This document shows positions 1 to 13,046 of a stretch of DNA of 64,000 nt, piece after piece. Each line of letters starts with the position of its first letter. Position 1 is the stretch's first letter. The notes under the pieces are model-generated. The model made no database searches and was not told where the DNA came from. It saw only the letters and a program-made list of their open reading frames with translations. Position numbers and translations under genes: made by a program. The stretch comes from Octopus sinensis (Eukaryota). The stretch covers positions 100,068,001 through 100,132,000 of the forward strand of contig NC_043004.1 of assembly GCF_006345805.1 (NCBI RefSeq). Direction: 5' to 3'.

Positions 1-2775
1 TCCTGCGCCTATGTATGTATATGTATATATATATATATATATATTGCAATAAATGCATAGAGATAAATACACACACAAGGCCACCGTATTTGGTTGAGGC
101 TACATTACGCTGAAAATGTCTTGTTTCAGGACTAGAAATTAACTCTTTCCCATTTGCTGAGAAATTCGAAAACTTTAACCAAGCACATACATTGACACAT
201 TAGTGTACACACTCGAACGATGACCATAAAGTGTTATAATAGATTGGTGTAAGTATACTATATAAATAGTATTTTATGCTGAAATTACTTAGATTATCAC
301 TGAAATTCATATTTCACCAATTTACTATGATTTGTTTAATACAATACAGCATGCCAAAGGTTATAATCAGAACAAAGCTGTGATCTTTGTATCTCAGAGG
401 AAATGAATATATTTTTTTCATATAATTTCCATTTTAGATACGCCTTGAGAATTGATATCTACTTACCACCAGAAATAAAGTAATTTTAAATAAATAATGC
501 ATCGCAAATGAGCAAACGTATTGTACATTAATCCGGGATCAAAGGGAATTAAACATTTTTGTTTTTATTTATCATAAAATATCAATTATTTTAATCTTCA
601 TATTTTAGAAGAGCTATCTGTATCATCAGAGTCACCCTTGTGGATTTCTGTAATGCGCTCTAGGTATATCAAAAAGTTTCACGTTGTAAACGTCCATTTA
701 CAAACATTTTAACGTATTATTCTGTTTATCAATACACAGTTTTATTGAATAATTTGCCTGAAATTTTGAAATTGATAAAATTGTAGTTTCAATCCACGGA
801 ATTTCAGATTAAAATAATATTTATACGGGCATATATGTGAATATAAATAAACACAGACACGCACACACAAACACATACACGTACACAGATATGCGCACGC
901 ATATTTACATGTAGGTGTATATGGTATAATGTTATACGTGTACATATATGTATATACATCGATATATACATAGATATACGTGTACATATTTAGATAAATA
1001 TCTATATATGTGTGGATGGATGGGTGGACAGATGGATACACATATACTTATAAAGTATTAAATGCACATAGATATGTATGTGTGTGTGTGTGTACGTGTG
1101 TTTGTGTGTGTGTGTGCAAACAAACACACAAATAAATTCTGGATTCCTTTCATGGGAACAGAGTTTATACATACTGAATTAATTACTCAATTACATACAG
1201 TAAATGAAAACGTTTTAGGAGAACGGTGATTCTAACGCAACCATGTTCCTTCTTTTCCATGGATTTTCGTGGATTGGCGAAGTGCATTACTTAGACTAAT
1301 TGTATATGCGTTTGAGGAAGAACCGTATATATCTATTAGAACATATATTAGAATATGAACGATAAATAAATATATATGTGATGGAAATGCCGAAGGGAGC
1401 AATGGTGATTGTGTAGAGTGAAATATAAAATGGAAATATAAACGTAAAGAATATGTGATATAAATTTATATAAATACATAAACGTTTATCCATTTATCTC
1501 TCCGTTATTTACATTTTATATTCTGTTACGTAATTTTTATTTATATCTTTGTTGTCACCATCATTACCATCATCATCATCATCATCATCGTCATCATCAT
1601 CATCCTCATCATATTTAACGGTATTATTATTGTCATCATTATTATCATTACTATATCTAATAAGCAAATCTTCCCTCTTAATCATAAGAATATCAGAATT
1701 TTTTTTTTTAAACGTAACCTGAAAATTATCTATATTTGCCCCACGAACATGAAAAATATAATGTCGCACACAAGACAAAAGATAAATCATACATCAAAAT
1801 AAATAAATGCCCAGTAGAAAAAAAATCATATAATGCAGAAGCAATAATTTATAAAGCAGATGCCATCTCTACAAAGCACAGAAAACAACAACACATAAAA
1901 CTGAGATCGGTATAGAAAAAGGGAAATTTGATCAAATAGTTTATCCCTGAATATCCTCATTTATCTATGCGCATGAAAAGAACACTAAAAATGGACAGAT
2001 TCTGCTGAAAATCGAAAAACATATCCTCAATCTGCAGTATCGAATGGAATTTTTTACAAATATCGAGGCAGTACAAAATTGTGCGCAGCAAACAAAAAGC
2101 AACTACATTTCGTAGGCAAAATCTCAATTGCAAGACTAGATCACAAACAACTTGATATGCAGACACTTTGAAAATTACTTAATACGACATTAATAGCGTC
2201 TCCTTCATGTGTTAGGAACTATATAAATGCACAGACACATGACTCTCTTGCGGCTTAGAATATCATAGCTATTTACTCTTGGAGCTGTAATTTTCTTGCA
2301 TTTTCCTTCCTTAAGCCATCTTTCTCATTCCCTATGTTATGTTTAGCAACCTACTGATTGTGGTTAATCTCCTTGAAGCAAAATTAAATTTATAATCGAT
2401 ATATTGTATTTCCAAACACGCTACAATATACATATGAGGAGAAATAGCACACTCATTCTATGGTTAGTCATACCACTTGAGGAAAACGGAGAAATATATT
2501 TCATTATATTTCTAATAATTTTTGAAGTATAATTGAGTAGGGATTGAAACAAAACAATTGGTAGTCTATGGTATCACCGAGACAGTTGAAAGCGCTTGAT
2601 CAGATTTAAGAGTCTTTGCCTGTAGACTCCAAAGCACTAATCACGAGGTCAGAGACACGAGCAGTTCGGCCGATTATATTCACAGTTACATCCAAATGCC
2701 CTCGTTCGAGCGGAAATAAATACTGCATAAGTAATTCACTGCAGTAGTTTACGCCGGTTTGAGAACATATTAATT

Positions 2776-3314
2776 TATAATTAAAGTCAAAATGAGAGTG
2801 AAAAAATTGGATATTAATTTAATAACATCAATTTAAATACCAGTGGCCTAGCGTATAAAAGACTGAGATTCAGTAAATATTATTAATACACAAATATGAG
2901 AGAGAATCCACTATGTGGACGCTCTTACGCTAGATATAGATCCGCAAAGGGACTCAACCACTAAGAATTGTTCTCAAGAAAAAAATTTAGTACACTAAGA
3001 ATGTAAGCGAGCAGGACAAATGAAAAATAACAAAAATATAGATTAACCCCATACAATTGTTTCGCTGTTAATAAATTATGTAATTTTACTTACATAAATA
3101 TTCTCGGATCATCAGTGGAGTACGTCATAAAATATAATTTGTCGAACCGCACGCTATATATTAACACGAGGTCAGAGCGTCCACATAGTGGATTCTCTCT
3201 TATATTTGTGTATTAATAAAATTTACCGAATCTCAGTCTTTTTTACACACTAGGCCACTGATGTTTAAATTGATGTTATTAAATAATATCCAATTTTTTC
3301 ACCCCCATTTTGAC

Positions 3315-3324
<10 letters not shown>
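2776..3324. mobile_element. Foldback/MITE-like element with ~150-bp inverted arms
   Basis: Arms 2776-2925 (TATAATTAAAGTCAAAATG...GTGGACGCTCT) and 3174-3324 are near reverse complements around a 248-bp spacer. The right end abuts (TA)n. Confidence 0.75.

Positions 3325-3386
<62 letters not shown>
3321..3386. repeat. (TA)n microsatellite
   Basis: Direct reading. Confidence 0.95.
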
Positions 3387-4832
3387 GGATCTTTTCAGTT
3401 CCGCTCACAGATTATTTAGTTTGTTTTTCTTAACCAAACAATTTGAAACTTAGTATACTGGTGTAATTTCTCACACTGAACACGGCTTACGTTCGACAGT
3501 TTTGACAAAATTTCGTAGTTTAGAAGTTATTTCGTGTTAAAGTTCTCGTGTTTGGGTAATTTTAACGAACCAACGACGTTTATTCAGCTGAAGGTTACTG
3601 CTGTTTGCGGTTGTAATCAAAGAGGAACAATTTCCGTGTCATCTCTACTAAATGTCATCTCTCTTATAAGAGGAGATAAGCCCGTTCTCCTAGCATTCAT
3701 GATAATTTTTCTATCGTCTTGACTTAACAGCCCTCACCGATTGTTCTGACTGCCTTGTTCTCACTGTCCTGTTCTTGTTACCACTTTTACCCTCCGCAAA
3801 AAATCCCAAATTTGATTTAATTTGTTTTGTGAGAAGGACTGTTTCAATTAAATCGCGTATTTGTCCTTGCCTTCCCAACGCGGAGTAGATGAAACATGAA
3901 CAACTGATGAAGGAGAATATTCTTTATGTTGCATGTCTCGTTTCTCTGTTTGTTTGTTTTTTTCGTTGCTCAAAAAAAAGTTCATTTTCTATGTTTTCGT
4001 TTCTCATTGTGTTCAACGATTTTTTGATGTCCTGTACTAATATATGCATGTATATATACATATATGTAGGTATGTATATATATGTATGCATATATGCATG
4101 TATTTATATATTATTTATATTATTATATGATCGAACACCACGCATCCTTTTCCAAGTAAGTTTTATATATTTATATATATGTACGCGCGTGTGTGTACAT
4201 ATATGCATAGATAGATAGTTAAACAGGGGCGCTCATTTGCACGCAACATCTGAAAAACGAGTGAATGCTGAATATATTAGTATATTTATTTGTTTGAAGT
4301 TGGTACTTTACTTGGCTGTCAATCATTGTCTCGCTCGATTCCATTAATAAAGGGAAAACAGTAAAGAACTGTTGCTTAAAGTATGGTATAGGGTGATAAT
4401 TCCCAGGAAAAGGACTGTGTGTGTGGTGTGTGTGTGTGTGTGTGTGTGTACGTTTGTGTGTGTTTGTGCTTATGTGTTTGCGTGTTTGTGTTTGTGTGTG
4501 TGAGTGTGTGCGTGTCTGTGTTTGTGTGTGCAAATAGAGGATAGGTTTTCTTTCGATTATATCGTATTTAAAAGTACATTCGGCAGAACACCCGGTCACC
4601 ACGCCATTAACAATGTTTCATTTGAAATTAAAGCGAGTGGGATCTAGAGACGCTAAATTACTGTACAAACGGAGGTTATTTTCCCAAAGCGAACCTAAAG
4701 GACATAGAAATACATATGAAGCATCCTTCTTAAATCAAATCATACTTTAACAAACTGTTTTCTAGACACGCTTATAGTTAATGTATATATGGACGAAACA
4801 ATATTTCACACACGCACGCACGATTATATACG

Positions 4833-5238
<406 letters not shown>

Positions 5239-5297
5239 CACACTCTCAATCTGTATGTATATATCTATCTCTCACTCTCTCACCCTCTCTCTCACTT

Positions 5298-5337
<40 letters not shown>

Positions 5338-6047
5338 CATACATACACACATACATGTATATTTATGTATACATATATACGTACATATATACACACACGG
5401 ACACATTCACAAGAACATGTTGGTGTATGTGGCTTAATGAGACGACTGCAGAATAAATGTATATAGGAGGGTTAGGTGGACTTTTGGGACATTTCCTATC
5501 AAGTTGTCTATTTGGTTTAATATAAAAAAAATACATTCTAGACGTCTAGTATAATGAGGTCAAAAGATATTGATCCCATTTGTCTTATTAAGCTATCATC
5601 ACCAAAATATAATGGCCATTTAAATAATTGAAAGCTCTCAATGATGTAACTGAGGTCCTTTGAATTTGCGACTGTGTATATACGCACATAGATAATACAC
5701 ACGTGGTACACCCAGTTAACAATCATCCACTTAAACATAGAGATACGTCTATATTTATAGATGTAAGTATATCTATATATAAAATATATAAACATAAGTC
5801 TGCAGAGGCATGCATGTGTCTATATCTATGTCGTATAGTCCCACGATGAAACTAGTATACTTATGGTTCTGTTTTAAGTAAATAGGCGTACGCACACATA
5901 ATACACACTTTTATGGCCTTTTGTATAGAAATATACAAATAGAAATGTCAGTGTGTGTAGCTGCTATTATAGATGTAAAAATGCAAGCATACATACGAAA
6001 ATGAATATATATACATACATACATACATATATATGTGAATATACATA

Positions 6048-6119
<72 letters not shown>

Positions 6120-6128
6120 GTATGTATG

Positions 6129-6172
<44 letters not shown>

Positions 6173-7015
6173 TTTATATAGGCATGTATGTATGAATGTC
6201 ATCTCACCCGTCACACCCCATCACAAGCTACACACACACACGCACGCACCCGCACAGAAGCATACTAGCAAGGCTACCCTAGCGCACCTACACATGCGCC
6301 ACCTCACCACTCTCTTTCTCTCTCTCTCTCTCACTCACACGCACACACACAAACACGTGCCTCCACACACACAACACATACACACACACACACACACATA
6401 TTGATCACCTTCGCACTCTCCCGTCTCAATAAAACACCTTATCTCTTTCTACTTCCGGTCACATCAGCACTGTAACTACACGCGCGCTGTTGGTGATTCC
6501 TTTTCCTTCTTTGGACTTTTGACTTTCTTCTTTCCAACGAAGATCTATGCTCGAGACGTCAAACGCTCACTGAGCATCAAGCTAATACATTCCTCGTGCA
6601 CATCCTCCTATGTATATGGACGAACACACAATTATATACGTCTATGCTCGTTTCTTTCAATTGAATATATATATATATATATATATAAATTAGAGATAAA
6701 ATCACTATTAGGTAAATCAAACAGTGAAAAACAAAAACCAAAACATAAAAATAGAAATAATTTATATAATATACAAAATATATAAAATATAAAATTTAAA
6801 ATTTAAATTATTTAAATTTAAAATTATTAATTTATATTTATACATTTTTATATTTTTTAATATTTTAAAATTTAAATTAATAAATTACTAATTTTTTAAT
6901 TTTCAAATTAAAATTTTTTTTTAATATTTGAATATATATAACTATGAAAAAGTATTAAAATGTTTAATATAAGGTAATAAGAAAAGCCATTCGTAAAGAC
7001 ATATGTAAAGACATA

Positions 7016-7200
7016 CAGGGTGCGGTGAATGAATGGTCGTCTAAATTACGCAAAAATGACTGACATCTCATTTTAAGATATATTTACTAAAATTACATAA
7101 AAATATCTTGAAATACTAAAGAGTAAATTCATTCAATAAAATCGGCATTTACTTCAGCCACCGCCAGCAGAGGCATTCGGAATTTCCTGTAACTCGTACC
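7016..7200 (-). mobile_element. Tc1/mariner-superfamily transposon 3' remnant (transposase C-terminus plus terminal repeat)
   Basis: Minus strand 7194-7129 translates SYRKFRMPLLAVAEVNADFIE*, resembling the C-terminal 'CxRFRxRLEAVxxAxGxxIE*' of Tc1/maT-type transposases. The element end reads TA|CAGGGTG at 7014-7022. Confidence 0.65.
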
Positions 7201-7209
7201 ACAATCCTT

Positions 7210-7275
<66 letters not shown>

Positions 7276-7279
7276 TTAT

Positions 7280-7500
7280 ATAGTTAATTCAAACAAGAAA
7301 GCACAAAAAAACACAACAACGCGAGGACGTGGAACAAATATAGTATTATTGGACGCTCAGGAAAGAAGGAAAGAAGGAGGGTTTAACGTTTTGAGCGGAG
7401 CTCTTCGTCGGAATCATAGGAGAAGGAATGATCCAGAGAAGGGAAGAAAGAGGAATATAAAATCGCCAACGGTACACACGAGGTCACATTTTGAGGTCAC
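7280..7500 (-). mobile_element. Penelope-associated terminal-repeat family copy (hammerhead-like motif at 7381-7413)
   Basis: Shares GACGCTCAGGAA...AACGTTT(T/C)GAGC..GCTCTTC with copies at 20048, 24464, 46645, 59360 and 62636. Confidence 0.6.
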
Positions 7501-7501
7501 G

Positions 7502-7535
<34 letters not shown>

Positions 7536-7783
7536 AACACACACACGCAGGCACACATGTATACATATATACATATACATATATTTATATAAATAAGGAT
7601 CAGATCATTATTTAAAATACCGATCATATCAAGTGGCCGGCTTGGGAATAAAAACCTTATATGTAATAATCATCATTAAAAATTATAATCAAGGGTATCT
7701 AAAAGATTTGACTGCTATCTCTAGAATGGTGATATCTTTTAGAAATCCTTAATTATAATTTTATATTTATATATATGTATGTG

Positions 7784-7837
<54 letters not shown>

Positions 7838-7856
7838 GAGCGTGACCGAATTCAAA

Positions 7857-8210
7857 GAAGCTTGCTTCCCAACCACGTGTTTCCAGGTTCAGTCCCACTA
7901 CGTGACACCTTGCTCAAGTTCCTTCTACCATAGACTCGAGCCAACCAAAGACTTGTCAGTGGTGTTAGCAGACAGAAACTGATGGAAGCCTGCCATATAT
8001 ATGTATATATCTGTATGTATGTGTCCTTCTCTCTGGGCTTGTCCCCTACAAACGTTTGACAACTGGTGCTGCTGTTTCTACGTCCCCGTAACTTAGCGGC
8101 TCAACCAAAGAGCACGATAGAATAAGTACCAGGCTTCTAAACATAGTTCTACGGTCGATTGATGAATCGACCTAAAATACTCCAAAGCGGTGCTACAAAA
8201 CGGCTGAAAT
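7857..8210 (+). mobile_element. SINE-A, diverged copy
   Basis: B-box GGTTCAGTCCC, central TA/TG tract and body matching the intact copies at 17712 and 27244. Confidence 0.75.
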
Positions 8211-8240
8211 CTAATTCCGGTAAGAAGTAGAAGATAAATA

Positions 8241-8257
8241 TGTGTGTGTGTGTGTGT

Positions 8258-8332
<75 letters not shown>
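8241..8332. repeat. (GT)n microsatellite
   Basis: Direct reading. Confidence 0.95.
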
Positions 8333-8335
<3 letters not shown>

Positions 8336-8646
8336 CTTTCGATTTTACATCGAACTAAAGGGTTACTCAATACTTTTTTGGGAATTGCTTATTTATTATT
8401 CTTTTATATGAAAGGTTTTCCCAGTGGTTTATAAGTTTCCATCTGCTTATCATTCTTCAGACAGTCCCATAAAGAGCATGAAGGCTGCAACTTCGAAGAC
8501 ATCGTGAATTCTACGCTTTGAAATATTAACATATGTATGTGTATGTGCGTACGCACGCGCGTGTGTATGCGTATGTGTGTGTGTGTATGCAAATATGCAG
8601 ATTCCTATACTAACGTACAACGTACTGTAGAATTAGGCAGTGGAGT

Positions 8647-8893
8647 GGAGGCGCGTGGCTTAGTGGTTAGGGTATCAGCTTCATGATTGTAAGATTGTGG
8701 TTTCGATTCCTGGACCGGGCACGCATTGTGTTCTTGAGCAAAACACTTCATTTCACGTTACTCCAGTCCACTCAGCTACAAAAATGTGTAACACTGCGAT
8801 GGACTGGCGTCCCTTCCAGCTGGGGAGCACATACACCACAGAAACCGGGAAACCGAACCCATGGGCCTGGCTACGCTTGGAAAGGGCACATTT
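8647..8893 (+). mobile_element. SINE-B (tRNA-derived), full length
   Basis: A-box TGGCTTAGTGG, B-box GGTTTCGATTCC and body GATGGACTGGCGTCC. Homologous copies at 19838 and 35978. Confidence 0.85.
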
Positions 8894-8897
8894 AGTA

Positions 8898-9137
8898 TTA
8901 AGGCGGCGAGCTGGCAGAAACATTAGCACACCGGGCGAAATGCTTTGTGGTATTTTGTCTGCCGCTGCTTTCTGAGTTCACATTCTGCCGAGGTTGACTT
9001 TGCCTTTCATCCTTTCAGGGTCGATAAACTAAGTACCAGAATCGCACTGGGGTAGATGTAATCTACTTAATCCGTTTGTCTGCCCTTGTTTGTCCCCTCT
9101 ATATTTAGCCCCTTTTGGGCAATAAAGAAATAAGAAG
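8898..9137 (+). mobile_element. SINE-C (tRNA-like head), full length, directly behind SINE-B
   Basis: AGGCGGCGAGCTGGCAGAAAC head, GAGTTCA..TTC B-box-like motif, TTTGCCTTTCATCCTTTC core shared with other copies. Confidence 0.8.
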
Positions 9138-10082
9138 TAGGCACTGGAGATTTTTTTTTCCGTCTTGACATGAGAAACGAGAAAAGCGAGACTCACTAAC
9201 AGATTTCATTACTTTTATATAAGTTTCTTTCATAAATATTGCTAGATTTTTGTTTTCCGTCATCAACACAGACGGAATTTTAATGATTTGATAATAAATT
9301 TCGGGCAGCATGCTGTAGATCATCTTTAAACTGATTGCCATCTTTTCCGTTACATTTATTTTCTTTACCTCTTTTCAATCTAAATTATGCCAGTTATCAT
9401 TGGCCAAAATATGCGTATGAAGCTTTTACTACATTGATGAGGGTAATTAGACTAAAATATATATCCGTAAATCTAACTTCCCACTGATAATAGATCGGAC
9501 ATTTTCCTTCCCTAACGACACAGAATAAACTGAAAACTATCTTCTTGATGTCATTCAGCGAGTCTTTGAGCATCGTTAATAATTGCACTAGCTGTTTGTT
9601 TTCTCATCTTTTTTTTTTCTTCTTTTTCCTGTCTGCAACTCTGAGAGAATTCTCAATAAATTAAGAATTTATTGCTTACGCATTCAATACATCACTCTTC
9701 ATCTTAAAATACACACAAACACACAAACACACATATATATATATATATATATGTACACACAAACGCACATGTATGTCTATATTTGAACGATATTAAACAT
9801 TACATAATTACACTTGTATAAACATCAATTTCAGATTGGAAAAGCAACAAATACACTGACAGACAAGAACACATTTGAAGATAAAATTGAAGAGTAGTTT
9901 AATAAGAAGAGAATCATTTATATCTAATTTGAGAGAGAAATTATCACAAACTCAATATACTGTAATCGGTTTCTATAGGTATGATGATTTAATGTCACCA
10001 ATATTAAATAACTTGTGCACTTGTGTAGTGAATTTGTATATTATCATTATTGTTATTATCAATATTGTTTTTGTTATTATTA

Positions 10083-10083
<1 letters not shown>

Positions 10084-10124
<41 letters not shown>

Positions 10125-10201
10125 CATCATCATCATCATCGACATCATCAACGTCATCATCATCATTATTATTATTATTATTAGTAGTAGTAGTAGTAGT
10201 T

Positions 10202-10241
<40 letters not shown>

Positions 10242-10253
10242 CAGCAGCAGTAG
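10084..10253. repeat. Compound trinucleotide array (ATT)n(ATC)n(ATT)n(AGT)n
   Basis: Direct reading. Confidence 0.9.
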
Positions 10254-10443
10254 GATTAGTGGTAGTAGAGGTATGCTAAATATGTGAAATGTGTTTGTAT
10301 ATATAAGTTAATATTAAATAAATGAGAAAATTTCCAAATGTTTATAAATATATAAATGCATGCATACATGTATATGTGTTTGTATGTGTGTGTGTGTTGT
10401 GTGTGTGTGTGTGTTTGTTTTAAGTATGTATGTGTATTCTGGG

Positions 10444-10478
<35 letters not shown>

Positions 10479-10482
10479 CAGA

Positions 10483-10514
<32 letters not shown>

Positions 10515-11083
10515 TTGATTGATAGATACATACATACATATCGATATAGATAAATATACATATATATGTATATATACGTATATATATATATGTATGTATG
10601 TATATGTATCTTTCTCTCTCTCTCTCTCTCTCTATCTATATATATATATATATATATATAGGCATATGTAAATATATAAATATATATGCATTGCGTGTTA
10701 GCGCTCATACTTAATCACGTACTAACACTAACCGTACATATAAACACGAACAAACTCTAAAGCTCAGATCTAGGAAGCAATTTCATGTACATCAAACGAT
10801 ATGATGCAACAATTTTTTACGCTCTTTGTTGAATCAACTTTCCAAATTGTAAATATAGCACCAATGAATGGATATGTCATTCAAAGAATTAATTCCACTT
10901 TATATAATGATAACTCAAACATTAGAAAATCAATTCAGCTTTCTTATTTCTTATATTCTATAATTAATTTGACAGCAATTTAGGATTAAATAACTGAAAT
11001 CTGTTAAGTAGAAAACGTGATAAATTAGCGCAATACTTTCTTTACCTACACATTAAGTCATTATAAAATTGATAGTTTTTAAA

Positions 11084-11085
<2 letters not shown>

Positions 11086-11157
<72 letters not shown>
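11086..11157. repeat. (TAA)n microsatellite
   Basis: Direct reading. Confidence 0.95.
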
Positions 11158-11158
<1 letters not shown>

Positions 11159-11159
<1 letters not shown>

Positions 11160-11610
11160 TTCTGAGGCGCGATAACGTGGCTAAGTTTGTTCACTGGATA
11201 TTGCGCTAGAAGTTCGGTTTTGGAGCAGCACGGAAATGGTACGAACGTGAATCAGAAGACGTCACAGAGAATTTTACAATCCATTGTGATTTCTTAACAG
11301 ATGCCCGAAGACCTGACATAGCTCAAGTAGACAAAAAGGAATAATGAAGCTAAGATTATGGATATTGCCATAAGGGGGCTGCACGCTTAATTGACAAGGA
11401 GCTGGAAAATGTGGGAAAATTAAAGTTACTAGAAGACGAAATTATAAGAATGTGGGCAATGAATAGGATATCCGTCAAACCAGTAGCTGAACAGTCACAC
11501 GGAACACTAACAACCATGTGATGCTGGAGAAATTGGAATTAACATGAGGATAGAGCATGCTTGAAAAATTTCGAGGATTTTGAATTTGGGACTTGGGTGT
11601 TGACTATTTT
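11159..11610 (+). pseudogene. R4/Dong-like non-LTR retrotransposon remnant, restriction-like endonuclease (RLE) domain
   Basis: Translation ILRRDNVAKFVHWILR*KFGFGAARKWYERE...ARRPDIAQVDK, then (frameshifted) NEAKIMDIAI and ARLIDKELE...LLEDEIIRMWAM. This matches the RHD(N)V..H / RPD / IID RLE motifs; there are stops and frameshifts. Confidence 0.8.
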
Positions 11611-11746
11611 CCACTACACTTAACATCTAGGTATCAAATGTTTTAATTCGTGGAAAGAGACACTGTGAGACCTTTGACAAGAAGAAGAAAAAGAAAAAGA
11701 ACAACAAGATAGATCGATATATACACACATATATATATATTTGTGT

Positions 11747-11900
11747 AGGAGTGCCTTCGTGGTAAGTAGCTTGTTTATCAACCACATGGTTCCGAGTTCA
11801 GTCCCACTGCGTGGCACCTTCTACTATGGTCACGGGTCAACCAAAGCCTTGTGACTGGATTTGGTAGATGGAAACTGAAAGAAGCCCATTGTATATATAT
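11747..11900 (+). mobile_element. SINE-A 5' half
   Basis: AGGAGTG..GTGGTAAGTAGCTTG head, B-box, ends at the TA/TG tract. Confidence 0.8.
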
Positions 11901-11903
11901 AAT

Positions 11904-11955
<52 letters not shown>

Positions 11956-11975
11956 TGTGTGTGTGTGTGCGTATT

Positions 11976-12155
11976 AGTTACGCACTGGGTCGATATAATG
12001 ACTTAATCCGTTTGTCTGTCCTTGTTTGTCCCCTCTGTGTTTAACCCTATGTGGGTAGTAATGAAATAGGTATTTCGTATGCCGCTACGTTCTGAGTTCA
12101 AATTCCGCCGAGGTCGACTTTGCCTTTCATCCTTTCGGGTTCGATAAAATACGTT
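11976..12155 (+). mobile_element. SINE-C fragment in permuted order (tail followed by body)
   Basis: Tail GTTACGCACTGGGTCGATATAATGACTTAATCC...GGGTAGTAATGAAATA is followed by body GGTATTTCGTATGCCGCTACGTTCTGAGTTCAAATTCC. Confidence 0.75.
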
Positions 12156-13046
12156 TCAGTTTCATTAAAAAACAACCATTTTTTTCTGAAAGTTATAATC
12201 ATCCAAATTCGTGGGTGGAGTGGAAGACCAGATCAGATCGTTCTGGGCATCATCTGTAATTCCTGGATCTAAATACAGCCAGTCGTTTTATCTCGATGCT
12301 CAGAATTTTTTGGCTAACGTCGACGTTTTCACTCACCGTCACTCCTAAATTAAAACTCATGCATCATTGCTCAACTTGTTGAGAGATGCTATGGCATGGT
12401 ATACCAAATGTCAAGTACTCACTAACATTTTTTACATCGATTCGTGTTTCCAAATTTTGAGCGGGGGACGGGCTACGGAAACACGCGTCGGATTATCAGT
12501 GATCACACACTTTAACCGTTGAGGTAATGTTGGAAATATTGGAGATGTCATAGGCTCAATGCGTGACTGCGCATCATCCACAGTATGTTCAGTTTTCAAC
12601 TCAGATGGTGTTGGCTGCAAATGGAGGCGATTATAGAAGATGATATATTCCTCTCTTAATGTTCTTTCAGACCTAGATTCTTCCCAACGTTAGAGCGAGT
12701 GAAATTGGTCGCCCTATTCTGAACCTCTCACCGAGTATCTATCCACCTGGAGGTCTCGATGGATCCAGATTTCCAGATCGTGCAATGGAAAATGTGATCT
12801 ACAAACTATGACCTCCTTCTCTTCCGATAATGAATCCTCAGATGCTGAAGTCTCACCAGTTGACAACCCTCACCAAACCTTCTCTGCTAAGTGAATTGAC
12901 ACTAATAGACCGTCTTCTAAGAGAAGACATTTAAAACGTCTTGTGATAGGTAATCACATCAACAATAAATTTGAATACCGTACCTTCTCTGAATGCTGGT
13001 TATTTAATTTTGGTTGAAAATATGTCATGTTATAGCTAAAAATATA

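Noticed and set aside
3388-3880. DNA transposon beginning GGATCTTTTCAG
   Set aside because: It looks repeat-like, but no second terminus or copy is visible in the window.
3900-3930. CTGATGAAGGAGAATATTC as a ribozyme
   Set aside because: A hairpin follows but no GAAA core; probably an ordinary repeat remnant.
6755-6960. Mitochondrial control-region insertion (NUMT)
   Set aside because: AT-richness only; no adjacent mitochondrial tRNA or gene sequence.
8647-8720. tRNA genes at SINE heads (also 17712, 35978, 49402, 52708)
   Set aside because: A and B boxes are present, but they continue into SINE bodies and lack a full cloverleaf or acceptor stem.
9140-9600. Coding exon(s) in the 9105-9341 and 9397-9588 ORFs
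   Set aside because: No recognisable motif, frequent stops in neighbouring frames, and 9105-9137 is SINE tail.
12452-12500. GAAACACGCGTC as a hammerhead 3' half
   Set aside because: No recognisable CUGANGA or stem II upstream.
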